From Anthoceros angustus (Eukaryota > Plantae > Anthocerotophyta), in NCBI GenBank assembly GCA_010909165.1, contig VJWM01000178.1:410656-474655 (forward strand): a stretch of DNA of 64,000 bases, written 5' to 3'. The notes beneath the pieces were generated by a model, which ran no database searches, was not told the DNA's origin, and saw only the letters and a list, made by a program, of their open reading frames with translations. Below, one piece after another: positions 1 to 11,592 of the stretch (position 1 is its first letter; every line of letters begins with the position of its first letter). The translations under genes and the position numbers were made by a program.

Positions 1-282
1 GCTTGGCTGCAGGGAAGGCTATGGAGGGCCTGCAGGTACAATTGCAAGGCCAGATACAATCAGGATGTTGGACGCCCCATTGTTTCCTTTTCAACTGCAC
101 GGTCCTGAGAGGCAGTGAAGAGGGAGGTGGGCTTGGGAGGAGCTTCACATCACCGATTTTCAGCGAAGCAGCTACTTCCAGCCGCGCCATATGGCAAACC
201 AAAATGACTCCAAGCAGGTTCAGCAGGTCTGTCAAAGGATTCACGTGGGTGAGAAGGGCATGCGATGCAGCGGTGTGCCCAA

Positions 283-579
283 GTGATGCCCATCGTGGAT
301 CTTCTTGGACGGTCATGTGATGAGGCAGAGTATTTTTCGCATACCATGTCGTTTGAGAAGGATATCTCAGCGTGGAAAGCTTTGTTGAGTGCATGCAAGA
401 GCTAAGGCGAAGTCGCGCATGGAAGGCCGTGCATTGACGGCCACTAACAGCTGGAACCTGACAAAGCAAGTTCGTATGTGCTGTTGGGGAGCATGTATGC
501 AAATGCAGGCAGGATAGGATTGAATAGGATTGAAAGCTTGAGGAAGTCAGCAGGTGCTTTGAAAAAAGCTGCTAAGGCC
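283..579 (+). pseudogene. PLS-PPR E1/E2 fragment ending in a KPAxA-like motif (DYW:KP-type relic)
   Basis: Manual translation gives IVDLLGRS..DEAEYFSHTMSFEKDISAWKALLSACKS*GEVAHGRPCIDGH*QLEPDKASSYVLLGSMYANAGR...LKKAAKA, with in-frame TAA at 403 and 445. It is truncated right after KKAAKA. Confidence 0.85.
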
Positions 580-611
580 ACCCACCATTGAAGTAAGGAA
601 CACACCCGGCA

Positions 612-734
612 GTCCCGAATGCTGGTGCACAGTAAACTACACCAGTTCCAGCACCATCGGGAAAATAATCATCAGCCACAACCTCAAAGGCTACGTCTGA
701 CAAATGCGAGAAGTACTCAAACATTGGCTTGTAC
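612..734 (-). pseudogene. Orphan exon of cytosolic isoleucyl-tRNA synthetase (editing/CP1 region)
   Basis: YKPMFEYFSHLSDVAFEVVADDYFPDGAGTGVVYCAPAFG resembles the IleRS motif AFRVVADDYVTDDSGTGIVHCAPAFG. It is preceded by a tag acceptor. Confidence 0.8.
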
Positions 735-871
735 CTACACCAAACCACCAGATTTTGGCACAATAGCTACAATGCATACTAGAGTAGCCTCAGCTGCGCC
801 ACAGCCAGCGACAGCTCCTTCGCGTAGGAGGTTGTTCGTTATCTTCGTTGCGCACTCATTGCGCCTCAAAA

Positions 872-988
872 TTAGCTGCCACCTTCGTACTTGGGATCCG
901 CCACCACATAGTGATAGAAAACCACCAACACAAAGATGGTAATCCCCAAGAAGTTGGCCAAAAAACCTAGATCCTGGTCGTCAATCAT
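872..988 (-). CDS. OST4: Oligosaccharyltransferase subunit OST4 (38 aa)
   Basis: [38 protein letters not shown] matches the plant OST4 pattern. The ATG is directly preceded by a cag acceptor, implying a 5' UTR intron. Confidence 0.88.
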   Translation of the reverse strand: MIDDQDLGFLANFLGITIFVLVVFYHYVVADPKYEGGS

Positions 989-1541
989 CTGCGTATGGCC
1001 AACCGATCGACAATCAGCACAAACATCCATACAACCGAACACCAGGGCCTTCGCACTCTCAATAACATCGAAAACATCGACACCAGGCCCCCATGGACCC
1101 GCTAGACCACGGCCAAGGAGCACTGCAAAGCAATATCAAACAAGCGGTGCAGATCCTAACCTTGCCGATAGAACCCTTGCCCTCTTGAGACTGTCTGCAG
1201 AGGTCGGGAAAGAACCGGCGATATTTCGCCACAACAACCAAACGGAACCCTACTGGTGCCCTAACCTACATCAGGCCAGGGATAGGGGCATCCTGGAGTC
1301 GCTTGAAGTCTACGTATAGCATTTACTCGTAACTTGAGTCATAAGTTAGAAATATCAACTGAAGAGGTGAAAATTGAACACTAGAAGTTGAGACGAACTC
1401 CAATGCATCTGGCTTGGCTTGTGACCAGCATTTGCCGTTCAGCTGATCAGCTATCCCCTGCGGGAGGATCGAAAGCGGCTGTCCATGTGTGGTGACAGCG
1501 CAATCTGTCCATTTCGTGCATTCTAGCAATTGAAACTTGCC

Positions 1542-1822
1542 ATGGAGGAAGTCCCCGAGGGGAAGAACTACAGTTTCCTTAAGAGAAGGAGACAATTTTC
1601 GAACTGTGGGAGTCATTGGACGCGTTCCACACCCAGCTCAAGCGCAGTGAAGGCAAGCCGGATTATATTTTCCTCATTACGGCCATATTCTAGCCGGCAC
1701 CATTAAAGACATTGTGACGAGGTACAAGTCAGCCCGAGGGTTTCATGTCACAGACGGTTTGGGTGGGATTGCCATGGCCTGCCTGTCGAGTACGAGATTG
1801 ATCAGAAGCTGGGAATTAAATC
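1542..1822 (+). pseudogene. Cytosolic IleRS N-terminus with HIGH motif, frameshifted and truncated
   Basis: Across frames it reads [39 protein letters not shown] / [27 protein letters not shown] / [23 protein letters not shown]. The YDGPPFATGL segment is deleted. Confidence 0.88.
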
Positions 1823-2012
1823 TAAGGAGCAGGTGCGGGATTCAAATTCAGATGGATTTCGCTCGAGTGGCAGACGACTTGCATTGCTGACATTGCCCTT
1901 GCTTTTGAACAGGTGGCCATCTGTGCGTAAACCCTAAACCGGGGCATAACTTGGCCATCCGTGCCTAAACCTAAACCGGAAGACCGAAAGGTGGGGGGGA
2001 TGGATGACGATC

Positions 2013-2172
2013 GAATTCTATAGGCCATCTTTCTCTCCCGAATATTAAATTCTGTAGGCCATGTCTCCGGGAGAATATTGAATTCTGTAGGCCATCTTTC
2101 TGGGAGAATATTGAATTCTGTAGGCCATGTTTCCGGGAGAACATTGACTTCTGTAGGCCATGTTTTCGGGAG
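2013..2172. repeat. 33-bp minisatellite, about 4.8 copies
   Basis: Unit gaatattgaattctgtaggccatgtttccggga, with copies starting at 2040, 2073, 2106 and 2139 plus a partial copy at 2013. Confidence 0.9.
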
Positions 2173-2279
2173 AGACGAAGGAATGTATATGGAATTGTGT
2201 AGGATGCAATGTTGAGTAGATATCCAAAAAGAGCAAACGGTTCCCATCTAAGATCTGCTCAGGTAGATAGGCGCCCAAA

Positions 2280-2560
2280 GGCGGGTTACTGTCGGGGTGT
2301 GGAAGATGCGGGTTACTGTTAGGGTGTGGTAGATGTCGAAGATGTAAAAGATTGCGTTCTGCGTCGACGACTCATGACGTAAAAGTGATAAGGGTCGAAC
2401 TCGCATCGAAGGCGCATGACGTTGACGAGGGTCGAACTCGTGTCAAACTGAATTTCATCGACGATGCATGACATCAAATTGATGAGGGTCGAACTCGCGT
2501 CGGCGGCGAATGACGTTGACGAGTTTGAATTGCGTCAAACTGAATTTCAAGAAGATTAAC
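2280..2560. repeat. Degenerate short direct repeats (likely TE subterminal sequence)
   Basis: gcgggttactgt..gggtgtgg.agatg occurs twice; agggtcgaactcg three times; tgacgttgacgag and tcaaactgaatttca twice each. Confidence 0.6.
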
Positions 2561-3246
2561 AACAATGGCATTTATGTCCACAACAAACAAGCAAATTTTG
2601 TTTTAAGTCCACTAGTCCACTGAGGGCACACATGCTCCCCATGGGACTCCGTTGTCGGGCAATTTGCTCCATGGAGTAAACTACAGTAGGTTACTAGCAC
2701 CAAAAGCATTCCTCTCTAAGTACCCCATCCAGATCCACCTTGTGGTGTAAACCCCTTAACTACAACTTTCTTAAGGTGGGTACACTGCAAGTGACAAGTA
2801 GAATGTGTCCATTTGGACACACATACTAATGTACACCACTCTATCGGGAACAAGTTTAGCTTACAAAGAAAATTGGAAACTTATGAATACCGCAGGAGCC
2901 AATGGACAAAAATTAATTAATTATATCAAGTGCCAAATTTTTAAAAAATATTGAAATGAATGGCTGAAAACTAAAAAATGCAGAATGGTAAGTGCCGAAA
3001 ACATGCTGGTGTGCACCCACCAAGAGGGTCGTGTAATACAAGTGTGATGAAGAAGAGGAGGATTCCACAATGAAGTTGCAGCTCCAATTCTTGCACACAT
3101 CTCTTAGGGTGTCGCTTAGGGTGGGGGGTCGTGGGATTGACAATATTTTGCTTCATGGTCACGTATGAAAAATGTGGCGAATTGGAAGATGCTGAATATT
3201 TGACTTCTTGGCCACAACAATGTGGTAACACACCCCTTATAGGTAC

Positions 3247-3390
3247 CTGGTTATGCACATTATGGGCTCGACTGATGCTACCTTCTGATGGCTAGTGCAA
3301 CTGCATGTGCTTTACAAAAGGCCAAGCAGCTGCACTCACATATTGTGAAAGGGGACATACGTAAAACATGCTTGTGGGCACTTTGCCTAA
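3247..3390 (+). pseudogene. Degenerate PPR fragment
   Basis: GYAHYGLD*...ASATACALQKAKQLHSHIVKG resembles pieces of P and L motifs. Confidence 0.5.
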
Positions 3391-4183
3391 GCTATTTGCG
3401 TTCAATTGTCTTAATGATACTTTAGACAGCGTCGCCGTGATGGTTGGGTGTTTATGCGAGACATCATATTCAACCTTCCAGGATTTGAAGCCTTTGTTGA
3501 ATCTGCTGGTAGCAAGACTTGGCTGCTATAGACTCATGGCAGTGTGGCCGTAATGGTTGGGTCTTTTGCGAGACTTTTGTATGCTCTTGTCGCATGGTAG
3601 TTGATGCTGCTTCACAAACTAATGATTCCACGCGCGAATGGCTTTGATGTTGGATCGTTCAGAACTTCTTGTAGGAATATGTGTTGATGGCTACACGGCT
3701 ACTATACATATTTACTAATCACTGCTCTCAAACTCGTGCTAGTATATACTATTGTAGGGAGCATTTTGTGGTTTAGAAACATATATATGGATGATTCACA
3801 TGATAGTATTTCTGAGAGCACTTGGTTGTTTAGGAGCATTTTGTGGATAATTACATGGCCACATTGTTCCAAGGGAGCACTTACTCAGTGAAAAGAATGC
3901 CAACTCTATTTTTCAAGTTCTAGCTATCGACTCTATGATGGGAAGGTCGTTGTAGTCTTTGGTTGGATGAAATACTTGCTCGATGATGTGAGGGTTACTG
4001 TAGTCTTCGGCTTGATGAATACTTGGGCCATGATGTGAAGGTCTTTCGCTTGATGAATACTTGTATGGTGGCGATTATATAAACATGATAATTTTTGAAG
4101 GGGGGGAATATAGTAACCCCCTTCGGTTGAGACAGCACCCCCTTGTCACGATGTACACCCTTCCCCGCACAAAGATATCGCCT

Positions 4184-7095
4184 CTACTTTGATAATGCGC
4201 ACACCCTTTCTGAGCCCATACCTTTGATAAAAGACGCACTTTCAAGACTACACTCCAGAACTAGAGCATAGTAGGGCCACACTGTGGGCCTGTCTGCGTT
4301 TTTGTAGAATGCATAGAGGGCTGCCATTTTCATATGTTTATTACAACCGAAAACTTTTACTTTCAAGTGGTGGAACACAATTAAAACAATCCTGTATTAA
4401 CGGGAGTCTTATTTCAGTGGTCGTGAGAACATTTCAACAAACAACTGCTAAAGGAGGAAGTGGTCATCACCATCGACAATAGTCATTCAAGAGTGCGGCC
4501 GAGCGACTCGTCTATGCCTTGCGCCGATACTGAGTCAAGGACCACCACCAAATTCCGAAGGCGGTCCATATCCTCTGCGTCAAATCTGTCATTCTCCTCC
4601 AATGCTTGCTCGTATTCATTAGTATAATTCTTGGGCTGAGCTTCGGATGGTGTCGATTGCCACACAACATTTAAGGTATGCTGATCCTCATCCAAATGCT
4701 CGTCAATCGTGGTCTTCAACCTTCTGGCACTCAATGCAACCACTTGGGCTTTAAGGCAATGCCAGCGAATATTGATTTTCTTAAAGACAGCCTATGAGGA
4801 GCTCCCTATGCCCGCCGGCGCCCATGGGTAGGGCATGGTGTGTTGGGGGGGGGAGGGGGGCCCGGCCGGCCGGCGCCCTCCCTTAGCACTATCCTACGTT
4901 TGTGGTTTGGGCGTACATGTATTCTCCAAAACACCGGTTAGTTTGGGAAGCGTGAAAGCTTCCTTCCGTGTAAGCACTATTGAAAACCTCGCAAACATCT
5001 GGTCAACCTGGTCATGTATATGGCCAACCAGGAGGAACCCTATCTTTACCTTCTGGAAAGCCTTTAGCTCCACTAACATATGCAGATAAGCGAATAGCAG
5101 TGCATTCTTTTTCTCCCGTGCAGTATTGTTGAGTTGAAGATAGAGGACCTTTGGGAGAAGTCCCTCGTAATTCGAAATGACATGTTGAATATTGGCTATA
5201 GTTAGGTTTGCATCATTCCGGATGTTCCCATATGCTATGAATAGCTTCGCCGAAATCGTGTAGTCGTAAACCATGATGTGGTTGTCGATAAAACCCATAT
5301 TTGAACCCATGACGTGGATGTCGATAAAACCCATATCTGAAAGGTCCTTCGATAGACTCGTAAAGTGGGGAAGTTGTGTCTTATGCTAATCCATCCCGTC
5401 TATAGATATACCGATATACTTCGCCGGATCCCCAGAGCATTTCACACGATGCTTGACATATTTTTTTCTTTCATACTTCAGCAACTGCCTGTGCCGTCTT
5501 AGATCAGATTCAAATCCTTCTGCAAACAAATCATAGAAAATACATTGTTAAACGTTCTAACCCATCGCTGTGGTGCGCCGGCCGCCTCCCTTAGCACTAT
5601 CCCACGCTTGTGGTTTGGGCGCATGTATTCTCCAAAACACGGTTAGTTTGGGAAGCGTGAAAGCTTCCTTCCGCCTAATGATTTGTTCACATCTTCCAAT
5701 TTACTATCTCAAACAATCAATTCAGCCCTCGGAGCATTTAACCTAGGTTCTGGCAAGATCTTAGCATAAAGTGTCTCTCTTAAGATCTTTGTGTAACCGC
5801 ATGTCCTATTCCGCACAATAACTCCAACATGATGGTGTACTATAGATATTCAATTTTTTTGGAACTCACAAAGTGCGTTCTGATTTTCTTGAATGAAATA
5901 AGCAGCCATGATACTTTTCTGCAGCCAATCATCACTAGGGGAAAAAGTAGCCTCCGAGGACCTGTCGAGCATCACATCTGCAAGAAGTATGCCGACTTTT
6001 CGGTTCAAAGACTTGGAGTCCATGTAATTCAGTTCGTTGAGGTGTGACAATTTCAAAGCCATATTTGTTGTTCGTTGCATCAAATTTAATAAGTCCCGCT
6101 GCTTTTTATTCTCTTTCTTCAGGAGCTCAATAGTGAGTCTGGCAGATAAACCAAAAACTTGAATTAGAAACTAGGAAACATGTGCAAGGGGCTACATAAA
6201 CATATGAACCCAAGCATTAACCTTTCCGATGCATTTTCATTGTGAACTTTTGCATTTGTGTTGGTGTGAAGAAGAGTCTCTCCAGCCTCTCTTGACCTCT
6301 TGATAGTTGTTGGGCCTTGAAATCCCCTAGCATCAGACCACAGAGATGGAAATTTAGTCGACAAAATTGAAAACTTCTCGGAAAACGGGGAGAGACAAAA
6401 ACTCAGAGGTCTTAAACTAACCGCTTCTTTGTGCCAATACAGTTCCTTCTGGCCTTAAAGGCAGCTCGATCCTCAATTGGCTTTGGTTGCTGCGCCGCAA
6501 TTGCTTCCATGTGAGACTTCGACCTCATCTCGTAATAGGCTACCTTCTCAAACGTCCAATTAGGCATCTCATTGTCCTTCTCTTGTTTTTGTCTTGGAGC
6601 TAAAACTCTTGTGTCCTCTTCGCTCCCATCCTCCGTGGTGCGCTGACCGCACACAGTGTGCCTTGGTCGGCGCATCTTTGTGTGCTTCTTCAACATGGGG
6701 GGCTTATTCAGTGGGATCCCAAAGACCTACAAATTACGCATTACAAGCACATCAAAAACACATCTCACCTTGTTTTTCTCTATTCGTCTCCGACATTATA
6801 TTTCGTTTGAGATAATCGCAGGTTGTGCACAAGGCAAACCGATTACTCTTTGGAATTTTGACCTTGTTGAAGTGCGTGGCCCAAAGTTGACAAAAGTACC
6901 AATGCGAAATGTTGTACTGCAGCGCTCGCTGCATATGGTGCTTGTATTCTTGAAAGACCTCGCCTTTTGTGTACGAGTCAAGAAGGTGATACACTTCAAT
7001 GTTTGGCATTCTCTCGGCAATTAGCATGAACACTTGGTTCATCCACGCTAGAGCTGTTGATTCGGCCGCCTTTCGTACCGACGAAGGGCAGACCA
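4184..7095 (-). mobile_element. Sola-like (DUF7869-type) DDD transposase relic, spliced and disrupted
   Basis: Exon A (7095-6770): AWMNQVFMLIAERMPN..HL..TK..V...F..LW...F.KVKIPKSNRFALCTTC. Exon B (from ~5520): ERKKYVKHR..DPAKYIGISIDGMD*HKTQLPHF then LYLQLNNTAREKKN...FLLVGHIHDQVDQMF. It has a stop and a D-to-N change. TIRs were not identified. Confidence 0.65.
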
Positions 7096-7159
7096 CGCAA
7101 TGTTCCCAAGGGCTCTCTCTTTCGCTTGTTCGTACCGGCTCCTTTGCTATGACAAGCTG

Positions 7160-7292
7160 GTGATGGCAGGCATCCAACGTAATGAAGTCACCTTCCTTTC
7201 ACTTCTATCTGCCTGCAGTCATGCTGGCCAATTGTGGGAAGGTGTGAAGTGCTTCAAATCCATGGACAGATATCAGGGGATAGCTCCCAAAG
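7160..7292 (+). pseudogene. PPR L2/S2 motif fragment
   Basis: MAGIQRNEVTFLSLLSACSHAGQLWEGVKCFKSMDRYQGIAPK. Confidence 0.85.
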
Positions 7293-7322
7293 CTGCGCTG
7301 CTTGTGTGTTACCAAAAATTTG

Positions 7323-7622
7323 TCAATGCCGATCCCCACAGGAACAAGAGCTATCGAGGAACCGATGCATTTGATGCGCATCTCTGACTATATTCTGTCC
7401 CTGCTCAAGCCGTGAATTAATGACCTTGGTGCTACTATTGCAATCATTGCACATACGAACATTTTTAGTGACACGCCAAGTTGTGCCATCTGGTATATTG
7501 AGCACACCATACGCGAAGGCCAGTTTCTCAGCATGTCCACAGAGGGCATCTTCCTTCTCCTTCTCAGACACTGCCTTGAGCACCAACTCAATTTGTGGCA
7601 CATGACCTCCTTCCTCCATCAA
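7323..7622 (-). pseudogene. Isolated DYW deaminase domain, DRH-terminal (DYW:KP type)
   Basis: EEGGHVP...KEDALCGHAEKLAFAYGVLNIPDGTTWRVTKNVRMCNDC...RDAHQMHRFLDSSCSCGDRH*. There is no in-register upstream PPR array. Confidence 0.9.
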
Positions 7623-7827
7623 CCTTGTTCACACTTGTCGGCTTTGATAAAATGTCGGACCTCTCTTCCCCTATGTACCTGAGACCAGCTTAGAAAAAAA
7701 ATTGAGACAGCCAATAATCAAGTGCCTGATACCAGGATTTTTCTATCACGGATGAGCCAGTTCAAATTAGACAGAAACCCGAAATGAATACCCCCGTAGA
7801 CAAAACCCTTCTCATGCAACTGCTTGA

Positions 7828-7893
7828 CCATTCCAAGCTGAACCTGATCACGATACTCCTGCACTCATCATTGTATTTGTCGATACCCATAGC
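7828..7893 (-). pseudogene. Third IleRS fragment
   Basis: AMGIDKYNDECRSIVIRFSLEW is the IleRS segment that follows KLGIK of the 1542-1822 fragment. Confidence 0.75.
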
Positions 7894-7903
7894 ACGTCCG
7901 ACA

Positions 7904-7971
7904 TAGGGTTTAGGCACCATGATAAATGATGGGCCTGGATGGCCCATCCCTAAACCCTGAACCGGGTCATA
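7904..7971. promoter_or_regulatory. Telo-box and site II motif cluster (promoter-like relic)
   Basis: TAGGGTTT, TGGGCC, GGCCCA and AAACCCT occur within 70 bp. taaaccct.aaccggg.cataa is shared with ~1930-1951. Confidence 0.35.
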
Positions 7972-8402
7972 AACGCCGCCCCGATGCGGCCAAGGCAAGC
8001 TTTCTGGTTCGGAGGAGAGAGAGTAAGTGATGGGCAAGACCACATCAGCTTTCAGACAACCCAGCTTCAAACCCCGGACGAGCTCTAGTGACCAGCCAAA
8101 GTATTGATATATCTACCTAACAACAAAAGAAAATCGAAGTAATGCTCCTACTTACCTCCACTACGTGGCCAGGAATTACCCGTCATTCACACTCAGGTAA
8201 AACGAGTCACGGGCAACCCCACGGCAGGCTGTCGGTTATTCAGGCGTGACATCACTTGGTTTCGAGGCCTTTATACATTTGAGGGGCCTCGTCTGGCACT
8301 TGCACCGACAGCACTATCCAGTGCTCCCGCGTTTTCGCCTGCCAACCTTTCTGCTTTTCAAGAACGGCTTCTGCAAGCATCAGCTTCACGCTCCGGCGCG
8401 TC

Positions 8403-8997
8403 ATGGCGATCCCGTCTGCTCTTCAACTCGCCTTGGTTCTGTTCTTCTCAGCCACGCTTGTCAGTGCAGGCAGTACTGCATCCAATTGCACTTCTGATGT
8501 CGTCGACCTTGTAAGATCCAAATCAACTGACCGAGATCTGTCGATTTGCGTTTGAGAAATTTGGCTTCGCTTCTCGATTTCTCATCGTGAGTTTTGTTTT
8601 CGTTGTTCATCGCCAGCTCCAGTGCGGTGGCCAATCCCCGTGGTTCTTCGGAAACCCGATGTGCTGCTCTGCACCTGAATTTTCATACCTGCCGAACGCA
8701 TCGTATTGCGTCGATCTGAATGAGGATCCTGACTTTTGCGGAGCTTGCAACCTCCGCTGCAGCGAGTACGAGCTATGCTGTCAGGGTTTATGCACCAACG
8801 TATATCAAGATGTGGCGAACTGCGGCCTTTGTGGCTACTCTTGTCCGGCGGGATACCAGTGCATTCCTCTCCATTACAACTCGAATAACAACACGTATAG
8901 CGCTAGCCCGGGGACATCGAATGACAACGACGACGCCGGATTTCCTGATTGCGTGTCTCCGGAAGGCATAGCACAGTTTGACGATTCTACGGCCTGA
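8403..8997 (+). CDS. Secreted STIG1-family cysteine-rich protein (2 exons: 8403-8510, 8617-8997)
   Basis: Signal peptide MAIPSALQLALVLFFSATLVSA, a phase-0 GT-AG intron, and CVDLNEDPDFCGACNLRC..CCQGLCTNVYQDVANCGLCGYSC repeats. Confidence 0.85.
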
Positions 8998-9604
8998 TCT
9001 TCTCTTTCCAGGGATACTGATACGTTGAAGTCGTCAATCAGGCCTATGACCACTGCAGTACTTCTTAGCAGCGGCTAGGGACGTCCCTGCAACATTGATC
9101 TGTGACCACGAATGGTGCATTCTCTCTGAAACGAGCATTGTGATGGTCATTTCAGTTTCTTGAATCATTCCAGATGGATCCGGCCTCGCACTCTTTCAAT
9201 AATCTTTTCACTGTCTCTTGCTCACTTCGAGCTCAGGCCTTCAAGACCAGACATCACATTCCCCCAAGTTTGATCATTTCAACTGTATTTAGAACTACTA
9301 CTTAGCTGGTTCATCTGGTTATCTGTAGGGTTGTCCAACTTTGAAATAATTGAGGTGTTCATGCTCAATACATCATTGTTCCGAAGATTAGAGCTGCCAA
9401 TGTCTGCCATCCCATGTTTGTTAAATTACCTCAACTGAACTGTCTCACGCAAAGCCGGAGTCCACTGTTCACCTTTGCTTTCAATCTCCGCCTTTACGAT
9501 CTCTGCTCTTCACCCTGTCATCAATGATGATGCTGTTTCAGAAGCTTCAGATCAACCAGCTAAGTAGCTGAAAAGAACAGAATCAAGGCGAGCTTAAGAG
9601 CAAT

Positions 9605-9706
9605 CCAAGAACGCTTCTGCAAGGTTGAGCTTCACGCTTCAGCGGCGTCATGGCGATCACCTTGGCCCTTAACCTCGCCTTGGTTCTGTTCTTTTCAACT
9701 ACTTAG
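9605..9706 (+). pseudogene. Truncated copy of the STIG1-like 5' UTR and signal peptide
   Basis: Aligns to ~8357-8458 and reads MAITLALNLALVLFFSTT* from ATG 9650. Confidence 0.75.
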
Positions 9707-10168
9707 TTAGTTGATCTGAGGCTTCTGGTTTTGAAGAACGTTACACAACGTGAGTGACGACATTTGCTTTGACCTTGGGCCTTGGTTTTTCCATCATAAA
9801 AAACTCAGGGGTGTTGGGAGGGAAGCCACTGAAGGAATAGTTTCTCATCTCTTTGCACAAGACCGTAGTTCAAAGGTGTTGAGAAGGGAGCCAGCGTAGA
9901 TTCATGTGACTTGCTGCTGCGTCACATTACATATGCGTGTGTAATCACCCTATCCACTGTGGCGTTGGCTGGCGTTGCCTCGAGTCTAGGCAGATGGATG
10001 GCTTGGGTGAATGCGCTTCGCTCAAGATGTTTGGGCGTCTGTGACTGGACGGACTTCCCTTCGAAATCTTTACGATTTCATGAACTGCCAGTGGTTACAC
10101 TGTCTGCTCTGGGGTAAGGAACCGGAGTGAGAGATAATGACTGTCACACCAATGGCGAATCGAGGTCT

Positions 10169-11282
10169 TCATTTCTTGACATACGCGTAATATTGGGCCA
10201 TGGGGACGATGAAGGCAATGACCAAGAGGCCACCAACAACTATTGTAAACTGTCCCCGCTTTTCGTCAGTTTCTTCCTTGGTTTTGAAGTTGGATTCCCT
10301 CTTGTTGTCCTGGAAGGTTGGGCCTCCGGGGTCTGGCAGACCGTCAATCGCTGCCACCAGACGTTTGGCAGTACTGTACAGGGCCTCGTTGTACTTCTCG
10401 TCAGTAGCCAGCACTGCATAATGACAAGAAAATGAGGGTGGCATGAGGGACTAGTAACGTTTCTCAGACACAGCAACTGAGAGCTGGAGGGTCGGCAGCA
10501 AGCTTAAGGCGGCCAGGCCCGCTCAATGTTGTTACCTGGCAAGTTCTCGGAAACCACTGCCTCCAAAACAGAGTCACCAGCCGCACCCGTGAAGGCTGGC
10601 CCCCCGGTGACAGCACCTTCCTTCTGGGTTGTGACCAGCAACACGATTCCCTTATTGTTGCCCTCCTCTAGAGTTGGATACCACTTCTCCAATACTTGGT
10701 CCGCAAATTCAAAGGCGTCTGCCTTGCTCTGTAGGAGATGAGCGGAGGAATTAGAGCAGAGCAGGAAAAAGATGAATGGCGATACTATTTCAAGCAGTAT
10801 CAAAGAGGAGGAGTTCGAACCGTGAGCTTGCGGAGGGTGATGAAGTTGATGTGGTAACCTTTGCGCTCCTCCAGGTCGGTGAGGAGCCTCTTGAGGTCGG
10901 ATTTGGTCACCCGGTTGAGCACGCCGGCATCGTCAAAAATGTAAGTGGGAGGAGGCCCCTCGTTCAGCACATTGAATTCGCTGGCATTGGCCACCGGAGA
11001 CTGCAGCGGGGATAGCTGCAAGGCCGCTGACAAGGCTAGGGCCGCGAGGGCATTACCCGCAGAAGCCAGCCGGTCGGAAAGGGCGCCCGCGCGCACAGAC
11101 GTTGACGAGCGAGCAGTGAGCTTGAGAGAAGAAGAGGAGGTCGAGGAGGAGCAGCGCTCGCCCCACACAAGCGACGTGAGCTGCTGCTGCTGCTGCTGCT
11201 GCGCCGGAAGTTGAACCTGCTGAGGGTGCGGCAGCATCGAAGCCCGGCCAACGGTTTCCGCTATCGCCATCGCCATCGCCAT
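10169..11282 (-). CDS. TLP18.3: Thylakoid lumen TPM-domain protein TLP18.3/Psb32 (exons 11282-10821, 10728-10536, 10413-10169)
   Basis: Bipartite transit peptide ending ANA-SEFNVL, followed by DDAGVLNRVTKSDLKRLL, DAFEFADQVLEKWYP, VLATDEKYNEA and a C-terminal TM segment (QYYAYVKK*). Confidence 0.95.
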
Positions 11283-11592
11283 GCCTTGAAGAACCAAACA
11301 GCAGAACACTTGCCTATTGCAAAAAGGAAGATATGCAAGAGAGCGTCCAACCTTAGCTTCCCCTCCACAGATCCACCAGAGCCAACCACGTCGGCATCAC
11401 ATAATCGCGGCACATCTGCTCTCCTCATCCAATCCAGTACTACCTACTTTAGTGCAGGTAAGCAAAAGCGTAAAAAGTCCGCCATGAAAAACCAACACGT
11501 CAAAAAAGGCATTACCTAAGCCATTTCTTGGGCTGTTTTCATGCAGTTGGAAGAGGCGTATGTTCATTGTGCGTGGGAACAAGTTGCGGATC

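Noticed and set aside
1822-2247. ORF with WPTEFNILPE repeats
   Set aside because: It is a translation of the 33-bp minisatellite with no other coding evidence.
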